DNA of 64,000 nt from Asterias rubens. Taxonomy: Eukaryota. The translations under genes and the position numbers were made by a program. The notes beneath the pieces are model-generated. The model saw only the letters and a program-made list of their open reading frames with translations, ran no database searches and was not told the DNA's origin. Shown here one piece after another: positions 26,192 to 38,500 of the stretch (position 1 is its first letter; every line of letters begins with the position of its first letter). The stretch lies in NCBI RefSeq assembly GCF_902459465.1, contig NC_047079.1, positions 372,001 to 436,000 on the forward strand, written 5' to 3'.

Positions 26192-27996
26192 TCTGAGTAA
26201 TATAGCACGCAAACATGCTAACATACAGTTAGGCAATAGCAATTCGCATTATTTATCAACATGGTGTAAGACGACATTAAACAAAAGTGTTTTCAGAGAA
26301 AGTTATTGTCATTTTAAATCTTGTAGTTTTCAGGTTGAGTTCTGAATAACATATGCTTCATGTATGTTATTGGTAAACTATATAACTGGCATAATGACAG
26401 GGCTATAACATCACAATTAAAACAAACATTCACATAGTATAGTTGTGTGCTCTACAGACAAGTCTTTATTCAATAGATAGTGACATAATAAATTGTTTGT
26501 ATTTTTAAAGCTAATTATTGTAAATTTAAACAAAATTTGACCAAAAAGTTTTTGTAAATACTAACTTATTTAAGAGTGTGCGGCGAAATCTATGAGATGG
26601 CTTGTATGAATTGGTGTTTTTTATTTGATAATATACTCTTAAGTTCCTTTAATGGCATGGCTGCTAGTACAGTTAGTTTGTACAGATGTGATAAACATTA
26701 CCTACCATTCATAATGGATTAAAGTCACAGGTCATGACCCCTGTTCAGAGTATGTCACAGGTTATGACCCTTCGTATGATTAGGGACAATTTATAAAAGT
26801 TTCACACCTTTAAGAACATCCCTCTTTCCCTAAATCTCTTATAAATACAGAACCCAATTGTATGGGAATTGTACATGACCCTTCTCTATGTACACTGGTT
26901 CTCGTGGTGTACTTGGGTTGAGACCATTAGTAATGTACTGGCCAATGCAGCTTCTTTGACTGTGTACATGTAATGACTGTATTATGGCAAATTTCAAGAA
27001 AATACTATGTGAAACTGTTACGAATGGTATGTTGACGTTGATTTTATCTGCTAGATTAAGTCGACACTATAGGGATAAATACCGGTATATTGGCGTAGAT
27101 TCCATTCAGGCACGAATTTGTCTGTGATTTAGTTGTCAATCTCCTCCTTTTTAATTTTTTTTTTTTAACACAACCAACATTTACGAAAGATGAGTTATAG
27201 AATTAATTACATTGTAAATAGAATGTCAGGCTTATTGTACATATTGCGCTTTTTGAATATTAAGAGATTCAATTACAAATATATATACGTTTATAGATTA
27301 TTTCTGTATTGTATTGTAAGATAAACTTTTGTGTTAAAAACTTAGAAATATGAGGTGCATAATGAAGTATATAAATAGTTTATTTTTTTCTGCCATATAG
27401 TTTATATTAATACACCGTTTTTGGTTCACCGTGTATCATTGTGCGATTTTTATAATATCGTCTGCTTTTTCACTCCAACTTTGTGTTAAGACGCACTGTT
27501 GAAAACGATGAACTGCTTAACAATATAAACATGAGTAATATTACACATCAATTACTTGACATATCATTAGCAATGGTGATTCTATTCTAATACATTAAAC
27601 AGCTAATGGTTCATTAACAACTGACAAAGAATATTGATGTAAGATTAATATTTGAGGTATAATGAAGAATGTACTGAGGATGTTGGAAACCAATGTTCCT
27701 ATAAACCAAAGTATTTGACATTGACTTAATCGTTACGTCTCGTAATTATTAGAAATGATTAAAATTGTCAGAAAATGAAAACAAAGATCTGGTATGATTG
27801 AGTAATTTCTTTGCGTTATTCTTGACACGAGAAAAATACGATGATGTTGGAAATAGATCGCGCAAGTATTTGGTAGAAGGTTTTTATTTCGTTCATGATT
27901 TATTTTAACACAGTTTGCCTCCGGTATTTTGAAACAGTGTGACGAAAGAGCGTAAAGAAAACAGTTTCTTGGGGTGAATTCAAGCTCAAGTTCATT

Positions 27997-28040
27997 CTCT
28001 GACACTCTCCGACACCCATGGGTGTCGGAGAGTGTCAGAG
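27997..28040. repeat. Perfect 44-bp palindrome
   Basis: CTCTGACACTCTCCGACACCCA|TGGGTGTCGGAGAGTGTCAGAG. Confidence 0.95.
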
Positions 28041-28073
28041 CTGCTTTAGCAGGAAGTACTGCCTAAATGTATT

Positions 28074-28415
28074 TTAAAGGAACGTTACAGAATTGGTAAG
28101 AAACAAAAATCGTGAAGATCACAGATATACATAAAACTTACACGGTCTAATGATGATGATAGCAGAAAACATCCATTGACATATTTCTGTCTGAAATTTC
28201 ATATTTGATGAGAAGTAAACAATCTTTTTTCGCGTTTGGAGTTTATCGCTCAGGGAGCGTTTTGTTCATATTTGTTTTGGCATCGATGCAATGCAAAACC
28301 TTAATCGGTTTTTCACTATTTTCTCTTGACTACCAGGTTTGTCAGTTTATGTATATGGTGGGTAACATAAAGTGCTTACACTGCCAGCAAAGCCAAGTCT
28401 GTAAAGTTCCTTTAA
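28074..28415. mobile_element. MITE family C (TTAA-flanked)
   Basis: TTAA|AGGAACGTTACAGA ... TCTGTAAAGTTCCT|TTAA. Confidence 0.7.
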
Positions 28416-28488
28416 GAGAAAAGGAGCAGAATGCGACATTTGAGCCTCTAACCTTAATCATAACTGTTTTGTGCTTAGCTTTAAGTGC

Positions 28489-28905
28489 TTAAAGGCAGTG
28501 GACACCTTTGAGTTGTCAAAGACCATTTGTCACACAAGATACAGTTGGTGTATCACAAGATACTCAAGGTACACTTGGTATTTCTTAACATTATGCATAA
28601 AATATATTTAAAAAACTGTGAAAACTTCTACTCAGTTGGTCGTCGAAGTCAAGAGAATAATGGGGAAAAAACATTTGTCACACAGTATTGTGTGCTTTCA
28701 GATGCCTTGAATTCGACACCTCAGCTGAGGTCTCGAATTCAAATCAAATATAGTGGGGAGTAAGGCCTAATTATTTCTTTAAAAAAATACGTTACTTCAG
28801 AGGGAGCCGTTTCTCACAATGTTTTATACTACAAACAGCTCTACATTGCTTGTTACCATTCAGAGTAAGTTTGTATGCTAGCAATTTTGTATAGTTATCA
28901 CCAAT
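28489..28905. mobile_element. MITE family A, diverged copy with damaged right end
   Basis: TTAA|AGGCAGTGGACAC left end and the family-A internal sequence. Confidence 0.75.
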
Positions 28906-29075
28906 AATGTAGAATAAGAAACGAGTGTTTGAGGACACCAGTTTCTTTAACAATAACACAATAGTGTAGAATAAGAAACGAGTGTTTGAGGACACCAGTT
29001 TCTTTAACAATAACACAATAGTGTAGAATAAGAAACGAGTGTTTGAGGACACCAGTTTCTTTAACAATAACACAA
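28902..29075. repeat. 57-bp tandem triplication
   Basis: ATAGTGTAGAATAAGAAACGAGTGTTTGAGGACACCAGTTTCTTTAACAATAACACA x3. Confidence 0.9.
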
Positions 29076-29134
29076 TTTCACCCGGACTGACTATACCTCG
29101 TGTATGTTAAGCTTCAACCTTTTCATCATCTTAA

Positions 29135-30036
29135 TATAGGTTTTCTCGGTCAATTTCGGAAAATGAGCAGCCAATTTAACCACCAGCCTATGCTATTTCG
29201 CACGAAATCGAATGCTACTAAAAAAAGGTTATTCGATTTCATTTTAAGACTAGTAAAATCTACTTTTACGTCATTCGATTTAACAAAATAACCATTCAGT
29301 TTAACAATTCATCAAAGCTGCGCTCAAATTCGCAGGAGTGTTTTTGAGGCGTGTGTTTAGTCATTCAATTTCATTTTGAGGCAGTCAATGCTGATATTTG
29401 TGCAAAAACGCTTGGTTAACTTGTTGTTTCCTTATACGAATGTTAAACGCATGCGGTTAATTTTTTGGCACTCTTGAACATAATATGCCAAGATGTCTGG
29501 CACGCTAACAGATGGTTGGTGAATATAAAAAAAAAACTGGAAAAACATAAAAAAAAAAATTAAAAAAAAACTTTCAAAAACATTCAAATGTCAGGTCTTG
29601 GTCAGTTAACCATTGAAGGTCTCCCGAAGAAAATAAAGAAGAAAACAACTCTTATGGGGCCAAGGTAAAGTCTACCTGAAACATAAAATAAAGAAAATAA
29701 GGTTCGCTCGATTTAAAAGTGAAGGTACGACAGTATATCTGTTTATTCGTATTTCTTTAGTCGTACTTTAGGCGAAATTGGTTGCCTCTTTACGAAATTG
29801 AAAATGATTAAATCAGCAAAATCTCTAGTCGAACCAGCTTTGCTAAATTGAATGATGATTGTGTGTCATGAAAAAGAATAAGTGTGCTAGGAACTTGAAT
29901 GCCTCAAAACGAAATTGAATGACCGAATTTTTAATTTGAAACGCAGTAAAAACCGTAGAGGCAAAATAGCTTGAATACGAACGCATGGGAATTAAATTGG
30001 CTGCTCATTTGCCGAATTTGACCGAGAAAACCTATA
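29135..30036. mobile_element. About 900-bp non-autonomous element with long TIRs (foldback-like)
   Basis: TATAGGTTTTCTCGGTCAATTTCGG.AAATGAGCAGCCAATTTA and its reverse complement at 29993-30036; further inverted blocks near 29361 and 29900. Confidence 0.7.
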
Positions 30037-31049
30037 CCAAAATTGTTTTCAACTAAATTTATTATCATTTATATACGGCCAAAACAACACAAAATGTACA
30101 ACGTGATACTGGATAAATTCAAGTAAGTATGCTGTATATGACAAAGACACCTTTAGACATAACGAATCAACACTGTTAACTAAATAAATAAGTGAAAACG
30201 TACATACACAAATGAATGTATATAATTTTCATGAATATATTGTAAGGAAAACAATGTTCGTAAGTCGACGTCTTTTCATTTTAATGCGAACCATAGATCC
30301 GTGTGCGATTTTGTGATTGCGTCCTTACATGTTCAAACGGTGTAAATTGTTTCGTTAACATCCAAAACATTGATAGCCTACACTTTTTTGTACGGAACGT
30401 GTTATTGGTTTCAATACTACTACGGTATGTATACGTCCAACTCGAAAGGAATACGCTTTGTATACGCTCACATACATCGATAGTTTAGCTTATCCAACGT
30501 TCTAGCGAATTGTTCATACGTCGGCAGGCGCTGGCTAAAACGTTACGGTGTGTCAGGGACAGTAGAGATGTTTCGCAAGTCTACGGATACACATACAGAT
30601 ACCGACGTCGACACTTTGTGTGTTCACGTGACGCGTTTCCGCGACTATCGTATTTTGCACACACGTTAGCAACGGATACAGGAGCATGATCGTACACTTC
30701 GTAGGTAAACGGATACTGTTTTGCAGACGTTTAGTTGCCGTTTAGTCCAAGGGATCAAAATCATTTCACACGTAAATAGAAATTTGTTATTCATTTGCAG
30801 GAAAAACGATGAGAAATTGCACTGTATAAAACACGGGGTCTCTATAAAGTCATGCCCGTCGGGAAACCCACTCATGGTGAATGCGACGCGCACTCAAGTG
30901 ACACATTACTACATCTGACGTGAACGGGAAAGGTTATCATATCCGTATCTGGTTCTGTATCCGCACGCTTGCAAAACCTCTCGATTAGATCGACAATAAT
31001 TACGGGGGAATCTTTGGGTCACAATCTTGTTGTGATGCAAATTTGTCTC

Positions 31050-32080
31050 CATGAGGCACAGTGGAGATTGAACTTGCAATGGAACTTGCGTGAGCGTGCA
31101 TTGTGACTCGAATAGTCACCGTGGAGCATTGAGATCGCAATGCAACTTGCGTGAGCGTGCATTGTGACTCAATGAGGCACCGTGGAGCATTAAGATCGCA
31201 TTGGAACTTGCGTGAGGGTGCATTGTGACTCAATAAAGGCACAGTGGAACATTGAGTTCGCAATGGAACTTGCGTGAGCGTGCATTGTGACTCGATGAGG
31301 CACAGTGGAACATTGAGTTCGCAATGGAACTTGCGTGAGGGTGCATTGTGACTCAATAAAGGCACCGTGGAACATTGAGATCGCAATGTAACTTGCGTGA
31401 GCATGCATTGTGACTCGATGAGGCACAGTGGAACATTGAGTTCGCAATGGAACTTGCGTGAGGGTGCATTGTGACTCAATAAAGGCACCGTGGAACATTG
31501 AGATCGCAATGTAACTTGCATGAGTGTGCATTGTGACTCGATGAGGCACAGTGGAACATTGAGTTCGAGGCACAGTGGAACATTGAGTTCGCAATGCAAC
31601 TTGCGTGACCGTGCATTGTGACTCAATGAGGCACCGTGGAGCATTGAGATCGCATTGGAACTTGCGTGAGGGTGTACTGTGACTCAATGAGGCACAGTGG
31701 AACATTGAGATCGCAATGGAACTTGGGTGAGCGTGCATTGTGACTCGATGAGGCACAGTGGAACATTGAGTTCGCAATGGAACTTGCATGAGGGTGCATT
31801 GTGACTCAATAAAGGCACCGTGGAACATTGAGATCGCAATGCAACTTGCGTGAGCGTGCATTGTGACTCGATGAGGCACAGTGGAACATTGGGATCGCTA
31901 TGGAACTTGCGTGAGCGTGCATTGTGACTCAATGAGGCACAGTTGAACATTGAGTTTGCAATGGAACTTGCGTGAGCGTGCATTGTGACTCAATGAGGCA
32001 CCGTGGAGCATTGAGATCGCATTGGAACTTGCGTGAGGGTGTACTGTGACTCAATGAGGTCACGAATGAATGTGTGTGTT
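31050..32080. repeat. Satellite, 60-62-bp monomers with a 123-bp dimeric higher-order unit
   Basis: GAGGCACAGTGGAACATTGAGTTCGCAATGGAACTTGCGTGAGCGTGCATTGTGACTC(A/G)AT; the 41-aa periodicity of the spurious ORFs confirms the 123-bp unit. Confidence 0.9.
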
Positions 32081-34650
32081 TCGATAAGGCACAGTGGAAC
32101 ATTTAGATCACAGTGAGCCAGCTGGGGTGCAATGTGACCAGCAATTGAATATTGCAGTCTCCGTGTGGGTGCACTTATGACTAGATGTGGCACAGTGGGA
32201 CATTGAGGACAGGTTGAGGCTATCTGAGGTGCAGTGTGACCCGAAGAGGCACATGGTGAACGCCTGAGTCAAGGTGCAGTGTGACCCCATTAGGCACCAG
32301 GGAAAACTGAGGTCAAATTAGTCTAACTGGGTGCAATGTGATTCGATGGGGCACAATGGACAATTCAAGTTACATTGAGGCTAACTAACTAAAAAGTAAT
32401 TGTGACACGACAAGGCACAGGGGAACATTGGGGTCTCCATAGGCGAATTGAGAAGCAGTGTGACTCAATGAAGCACAGTCAGTGTAAATTAACTTTGAGG
32501 CTACTTCAAGTTGCAATGTGACTTAACAGGGCACATGGGAACAGTGGCCAACGTCCAGTGTGACTCACTGAGGCAGAGTGGAATATTCAGTATACTTGGG
32601 TGCAATGTGACTGAATGAGGCACACTGTAACATTAACTTTAAAGCTATTTTAAGATTCTATGTGACTCATCAACAGGGCACTTAGGAACAGTGGCAAACG
32701 TGCAATGTGACTCAATGAGGCACAGTGGGACATTAAGTCTACTTGGGTGCAAAGTGACTCAATGAGGCACAGTGGAACATTCAGGCTACTTGGGTGCAAG
32801 GTGACTCAGTAAGGCACAATGGGACATTTCAGCTGCTTTGGTGCAATGTGACTCAATCAGTCACAGGCGGAACATGAAGTCAAATTGAGGCTACTTGAGG
32901 TACAATGTGACTCAATTAGTCAAAAGGTTAAATTGAGGCTGCTTGTGGGCATGTGACTCAATGTGGCACAATGGAACAATGGAGTAACATTGCAGCTTCT
33001 TGAGTGCAATGTGACTCATTAGGGAACACAGGAACAGTGGCTAAGGTGCAATGTGACTCAATCAGTCACAGAGGAACATTGAGGTCAAATTGAGGCTACT
33101 TTGGTGCCAAGTGACTCAATCAGCCACAGTGGAACATTGAGGTCAAATTGAGGCTACTTTGGTGCCAAGTGACTCAATCAGCCACAGTGGAACATTGAGG
33201 TCAAATTGAGGATACTTTGGTGCAAAGTGACTCAATCAGGCACAGTGCGACATTAAATACGTTGAGGTACAATTCAGGCTACTTGGGTGCAATGTGACTC
33301 AATGAGGCACAGTGGAATATTATGGCTAAGGTGCAATGTTGAACATTGAGGTAACTTTGAGGTAACAGTTAGGCTACTTGGGTGCAATGTGACTCATTGA
33401 GCCACAGTGGATCATTGAGGTCATAATTAGGCTAATCGGGATACAATCTGACTCAAAGTCATAGTTGAACATTGAAGTTAAATTGAGGCTACCTAAGGTA
33501 AAATGTGACTCAGTAAGGCTAAGTGAAAGAGTGGCTAAGGTGCAATATGACTCAATGATGCACGTGGGAACATTGGGGTTACTTAGGTGCAATGTGACAC
33601 ATTGGACCACAGTGAAAGAGTGGTTAAGGTGCAATATGACTCAATGAGGCACTTAGGCTACTTGGGTGCAATGTGACTCAGTGAGGCTAAGTGGAAGATA
33701 GGCTTAGGTGCTAAATATGACTCGATGAGGCACAGTGGAACATTGAGGCTACTTGGGTGCAATGTGACTCAGTGAGGCACTTAGGCTACTTGAGTGCAAT
33801 GTGACTCAGTGAGGCTCAGTGGAAGAGTGGCTAAGGTGCAACATGACTCAATGAGGCACAGTGGAACATTAAGGCTACTTGGGTGCAATGTGACTCAGTG
33901 AGGCTAAGTGGAGGAGTGGCTATTAGGTGCAATGTGACCCAATGAGGCACAGTGGAACGTTGAGGTCAAAGTGACGCACTTTGAAGTCCAATGTGACTCG
34001 GTGGTGTACTGTGAAAAATTAATGTTACGTTTAGGCTAACTTATAGACAAGTGTGACTAAAGATAAAGCACAGTGGACAATTTGAGTCACTAAGTCTACC
34101 TTAGAAGCAATGTGACTTTAAACGAAGCACCGTGGAATAGTGAGGCTACTTATTTAAAGCCATTATACACTTTCGGTAAACAGTATTTTCCAAGTCCCAC
34201 ACTTCGTGTATCACAACTTATATATAAAATAACAAAACTGTGAAAATTTAGGCTCAATCGGTCATCGGAGTCGGGAGAAAATAACGGGAAAACCCACTCC
34301 TGTTTTCACGCGTTTCGCCGTGTCATGACATGTGTTTATAATAAATTCGTAATTCTCGCTATCGATAATTGATATTGTTTTAATGTTTTCTCAAAAAGTA
34401 AAGCATTTCATGGAACAATATTTCAAGAGAAGTCTTTCACCATTACCTTCTGTAAACCCTGTAAATTATTTGTAAATCTGTGAACTTGTTTTTTCTGTAC
34501 CGAAAGTGTATAATGGCTTTAAGGTGCAATAATTGGCTGGGTGAGCACAGTGGAACATTGATGTCACAGGATCAGACGTGCAAAGGACCAGATGAGGCAC
34601 AGTTGAACAGAAAGAGGAGCTACCTTAAGGGTGCAATGTGACTCGATTAT
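32080..34650. repeat. Older degenerate satellite related to the 31-kb array
   Basis: Recurrent GTGCAATGTGACTCAATGAGGCACAGTGGAACATTGAGGCTACTTGG modules, interrupted by a MITE at 34154-34522. Confidence 0.8.
34154..34522. mobile_element. MITE family D (TTAA-flanked)
   Basis: TTAA|AGCCATTATACACTTTCGGTA ... TACCGAAAGTGTATAATGGCT|TTAA. Confidence 0.85.
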
Positions 34651-34925
34651 CATACCGTTTTCGGTTATTAAGTAATAAAAATAAAAACAAGTTTTCTTGT
34701 AATGATTAATATAGTTTTACAGTTAAAACTTCCGTTAAGATGATGCTAATTGGTTAAGCATGCTTCACGTGTAAATTCTTTAGCTTGACGACGGCCAGAC
34801 GAGCAGATCGCATTAGGTTGAGAGACCACAAAATAATGTCTTACGAGAATAAAGATTGCGATTACAAAATAATGAAATAACAGACTCAGTCAAAGCCAAA
34901 GTATTCAGTGAAGGTCCAAGGCCTT

Positions 34926-35229
34926 TGGTAATTGTCAAAGATCACTCGGTGTATCTCAATAAATATGCACAAAATAACAAACCTGTGAAAATTTGAACTC
35001 AATTGGTGATTGAGAGATAAAAATGAAGAAGAAAAAAAACTTTGTCACATGAAGTTGTGTGCTTTCAGATGCTTGATTTCGAGACCTCAAATTATAATTC
35101 TGAGGTCTCGAATTCAAATTCAAATAGTTTAGTGGCAAATGACTTATTTCTTGAGAACTACATTATTAAGTCAGTTTTTATGCTAACAATTATTTTGAGT
35201 AATTACCAATATTGTGTCCAGTGCCTTAA
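34926..35229. mobile_element. MITE family A, degenerate copy
   Basis: TTGGTAATTGTCAAAG ... GATTTCGAGACCTC ... AATTACCAATATTGTGTCCAGTGCCTTAA. Confidence 0.7.
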
Positions 35230-35472
35230 AATACATAGCCACACCAGTATAACCAATACTTAACCCACTGAACGATCCTAATATCGCCCGATTTCTTACT
35301 TTCTCCTTTTGGCCTCTAAGACGGAAGGAGGCCCCACTGAGTGACGTCATAGGATCGATTAGAAAGTTGATGTTTCTCGTTATTTTTAGTCATTGGCTAC
35401 AAATGCTGGAGTTGGTAACTCAGGTACATGTATATTGACGCCCTCACGGTACACCGGGTTGACAGTAGTGCT

Positions 35473-35529
35473 TTAGGATGGATTCTTCACGTAACCAAGC
35501 AACCAGTAGGTAGTCATGGTGCCTCTTCC
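35473..35529 (-). CDS. NIT-GC exon 10 (stop)
   Basis: [18 protein letters not shown]. Confidence 0.9.
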   Translation of the reverse strand, partial: GRGTMTTYWLLGYVKNPS

Positions 35530-38500
35530 CTGCTCATAAAAAAACGCATAACAATTGTTTGCATTAGTTTTTGGTTGGTTCACATTTTTTATTACATCTG
35601 ACTATAGATGATTCGGATAACAATTACAACGATATAACAATATGCAAATCAAATTGGTGATGAACTCCTTGCTATAGAGACCTACTTTTATAAAACTATT
35701 TATATATTTATTTTGAGGAAATGGTTCTTCTACAGGCCCTTAGTGATTTGATTCACATTAATCGTTTTTAAAACTTAATTAAAACTGGCTATAATCGTGG
35801 CTATTGCGCAGTCGTGAAGTCAAGGAGGGGAGTGTTGAAAACTTTACCTTAATCAACATTTCACCTCTCTTTGCCAAACAAAACTTGTTGATGATGGTCA
35901 AAATACGTGCACAGTCTTCACTCACTTGAATGCGATTAGCTGAACGGATAATATAAGACGAAGAAAGTTACGAACGACAACAAAATATTCATAGTTACAC
36001 TATACGTCTAGTGCAGAGCTTTGAAACATGTTCTCCCGTTACGTTAAAACGAGTTGATACATTATACCCTCAGCTGATTTTACAGTAACAGTGTTTTGTA
36101 GCTTGTTCAAACTAGTTTTAATTCAACAACTTACGTAGTCCGTTAGACTCCATCTTAGCAGCAATATTGACTGTTTCACCAAATAGACAGTATCGAGGCA
36201 TCTTGGATCCAACAATTCCAGCAACCACAGGACCTACGTGTATATACAAACATGTATTTAGTGAAAAGCAAAAAACAATTATTGTAATGAAACATTTGAT
36301 GGAAGTCATCAGTGTTTTTTTTTAACATATAGTGACGGGGCTCATTCCCCATAATTTAATTGTTTTTTTAACTGGTCAGCAATTTTTTGAAAGTCATATA
36401 CGTAATTCCCGCTATGACATGACGTCATTGTCGGTAAACCTGCTTGGTCTAATTAGTAATAAACTGAAACCATTCCTGACGCCTTACATTATAATTGACA
36501 CACCCTTGTTCCGTTCATATATTGCAGGCAGTGGCGAAATACAAATTTTAAAACGTCAGAAAGTGTGTATCATTTTTGTTATTGTTTAATTTTATTCAGC
36601 CACGAATCAACAGACAAATACAATAATGCTTTAGTTTCTTCATGCATGGACGTTGACACCCTTTAGTATAGCCGACTGGATTTAGTACTAACATAATTTG
36701 CCGCAGTTTGATTACTTAGAAATCGAATCAGTTGTTTTTCTTTCTTACCAGTGTGCATTCCAATCCGCAATGTCATCTTTGTTCCTGGCTTATGTGGAAT
36801 GACCAATCCTTCGATACAATTCTGCAAATCCAGTGCCATGAGTGCTATTTCACTGGCATGCTTATTACCATTACGCTGAGGCAAACCTACATTAAGAGCA
36901 GATTAATCAAACAAAAAGCTTTTTAGTCTGATGCATTTACAAAATGAAATGAGAGGCCTACATATCAATAAGTCAATTTAAAATGGTCAATGGTTATTAG
37001 GAACTTTTACGATAGCACACACTCCACACAGTCACTCCATTTGGGTCGTTTAAACCTTTTAAATGATGAAGCTATATCACCGTGACCGCTGTGGAAGTGT
37101 CGTGGCCGAACGGTCAAGAGCACCGGATTCAAGCTTCCGTGTTTCTGATCAGTAGAGTGTCATGGCCGAGTGGTTAAGAGCATCGAATTCAAGTTCTGGT
37201 GCGTTTTCACCGGAGTGTGGGTTCGAATCCCGGTCGTGACACTTGTGTCCTTGAGCAAGATACTTTACTATAATTGCTTCTCTTCACCCAGGGGAATAAA
37301 TGGGTACCTGCGTGGGTAGAGGTTGATATTGTGAATGAAAAAGCCTTTGGAGCGATATAAACTGTTGCCCAGGTTGTATACTCCCAAGGGAGCTGAGAAA
37401 CATTAAAAAGGGATGTTATTGGCCCTATGATCAGGGCACTAATGTAAAGCGCTTAGAGAATTAAGTGTTAGTTATTAGGCGCTATATAAATCGAAAGTTA
37501 TTATGTTATTATCAGCAGAGTGTGAGTTCGAGTCGAAGTCGTGACACTTGTTTCCTTAAGCAAGACACTTCATCATTGCTTCGTCCTACGGATGGGACGT
37601 AAAGCCGTTGGTCCCGTGTGTTGTATAACACAAGTAAAATAACACATAGCTCAATTGTCAACAGAAGGGGTTTGCCCCTGTGTTCCTGGCTGGATTTTAG
37701 CATACTGCGCACATCACCGTATTAACATTGGTGCTATGTAAAAGGAGTAATAATTCAAACGTCGTCCCAAAATTCGCATTTACGTTAAAAACTAATACAG
37801 CGCGCATATCCGTTACTCTGTGACGCTCAGGGCGCTTTAACATACAGTATTTCCTAAAAGCGCCCTGAGCGGCCATTGGGTGACGGATGTGCGCTATATC
37901 ACTTTGTAACGAAAATGCGAATTGTGACTATATTTGGCTCAATTTGAAGCTTGTTCCACAACATACAAAAACAGTTACCTGATACAACCATGTAGGCATC
38001 ACCAATGGTCTCCACTTTATACACATTATATTTATCGATGCGGCTATCGAAGTTGGTGTAAACGTTATTCAACATCTCGACGACCTGAAGAGGACTGCTC
38101 TCAGAACATATTCGGGTGAAGGCGACAATATCCGAAAATAAGATGGTGGCCTCGGCGAAGTTTTCTGCGCTTACATTCTGGTTGTGTTTCAGGCTGACTA
38201 CGACGGACTTGGGGAGCATCTGGTAGAGCAGTGTATCAGTTCGTTTGCGTTCTTTATTCAGGGCTCTAGTCTGGTCAGCCAGGGTGCGGGCATTTACTTG
38301 CATATTTGCTGTCAACGACTCAACTGCCTGTAAACCAAATTCAACAAGACATTTACATTTTGGTGGCATCCTATAAAAAACTGGTTATTGATAGTGCACA
38401 AACGTGAGATACTATCAAATAGAGCTATATATAGCTCTGTGGATACTACATACACCAAGATAGGCATACACTGAGCGAAATAATTTAGAAAGACAAAACA

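Noticed and set aside
31000-32290. Long ORFs (214, 229 and 99 aa) on the minus strand
   Set aside because: They are translations of the 61/62-bp satellite, are open in several frames and have no domain signature
37155-37235. Possible tRNA gene
   Set aside because: A and B boxes are present, but I see no convincing cloverleaf and the sequence continues into a SINE body and tail
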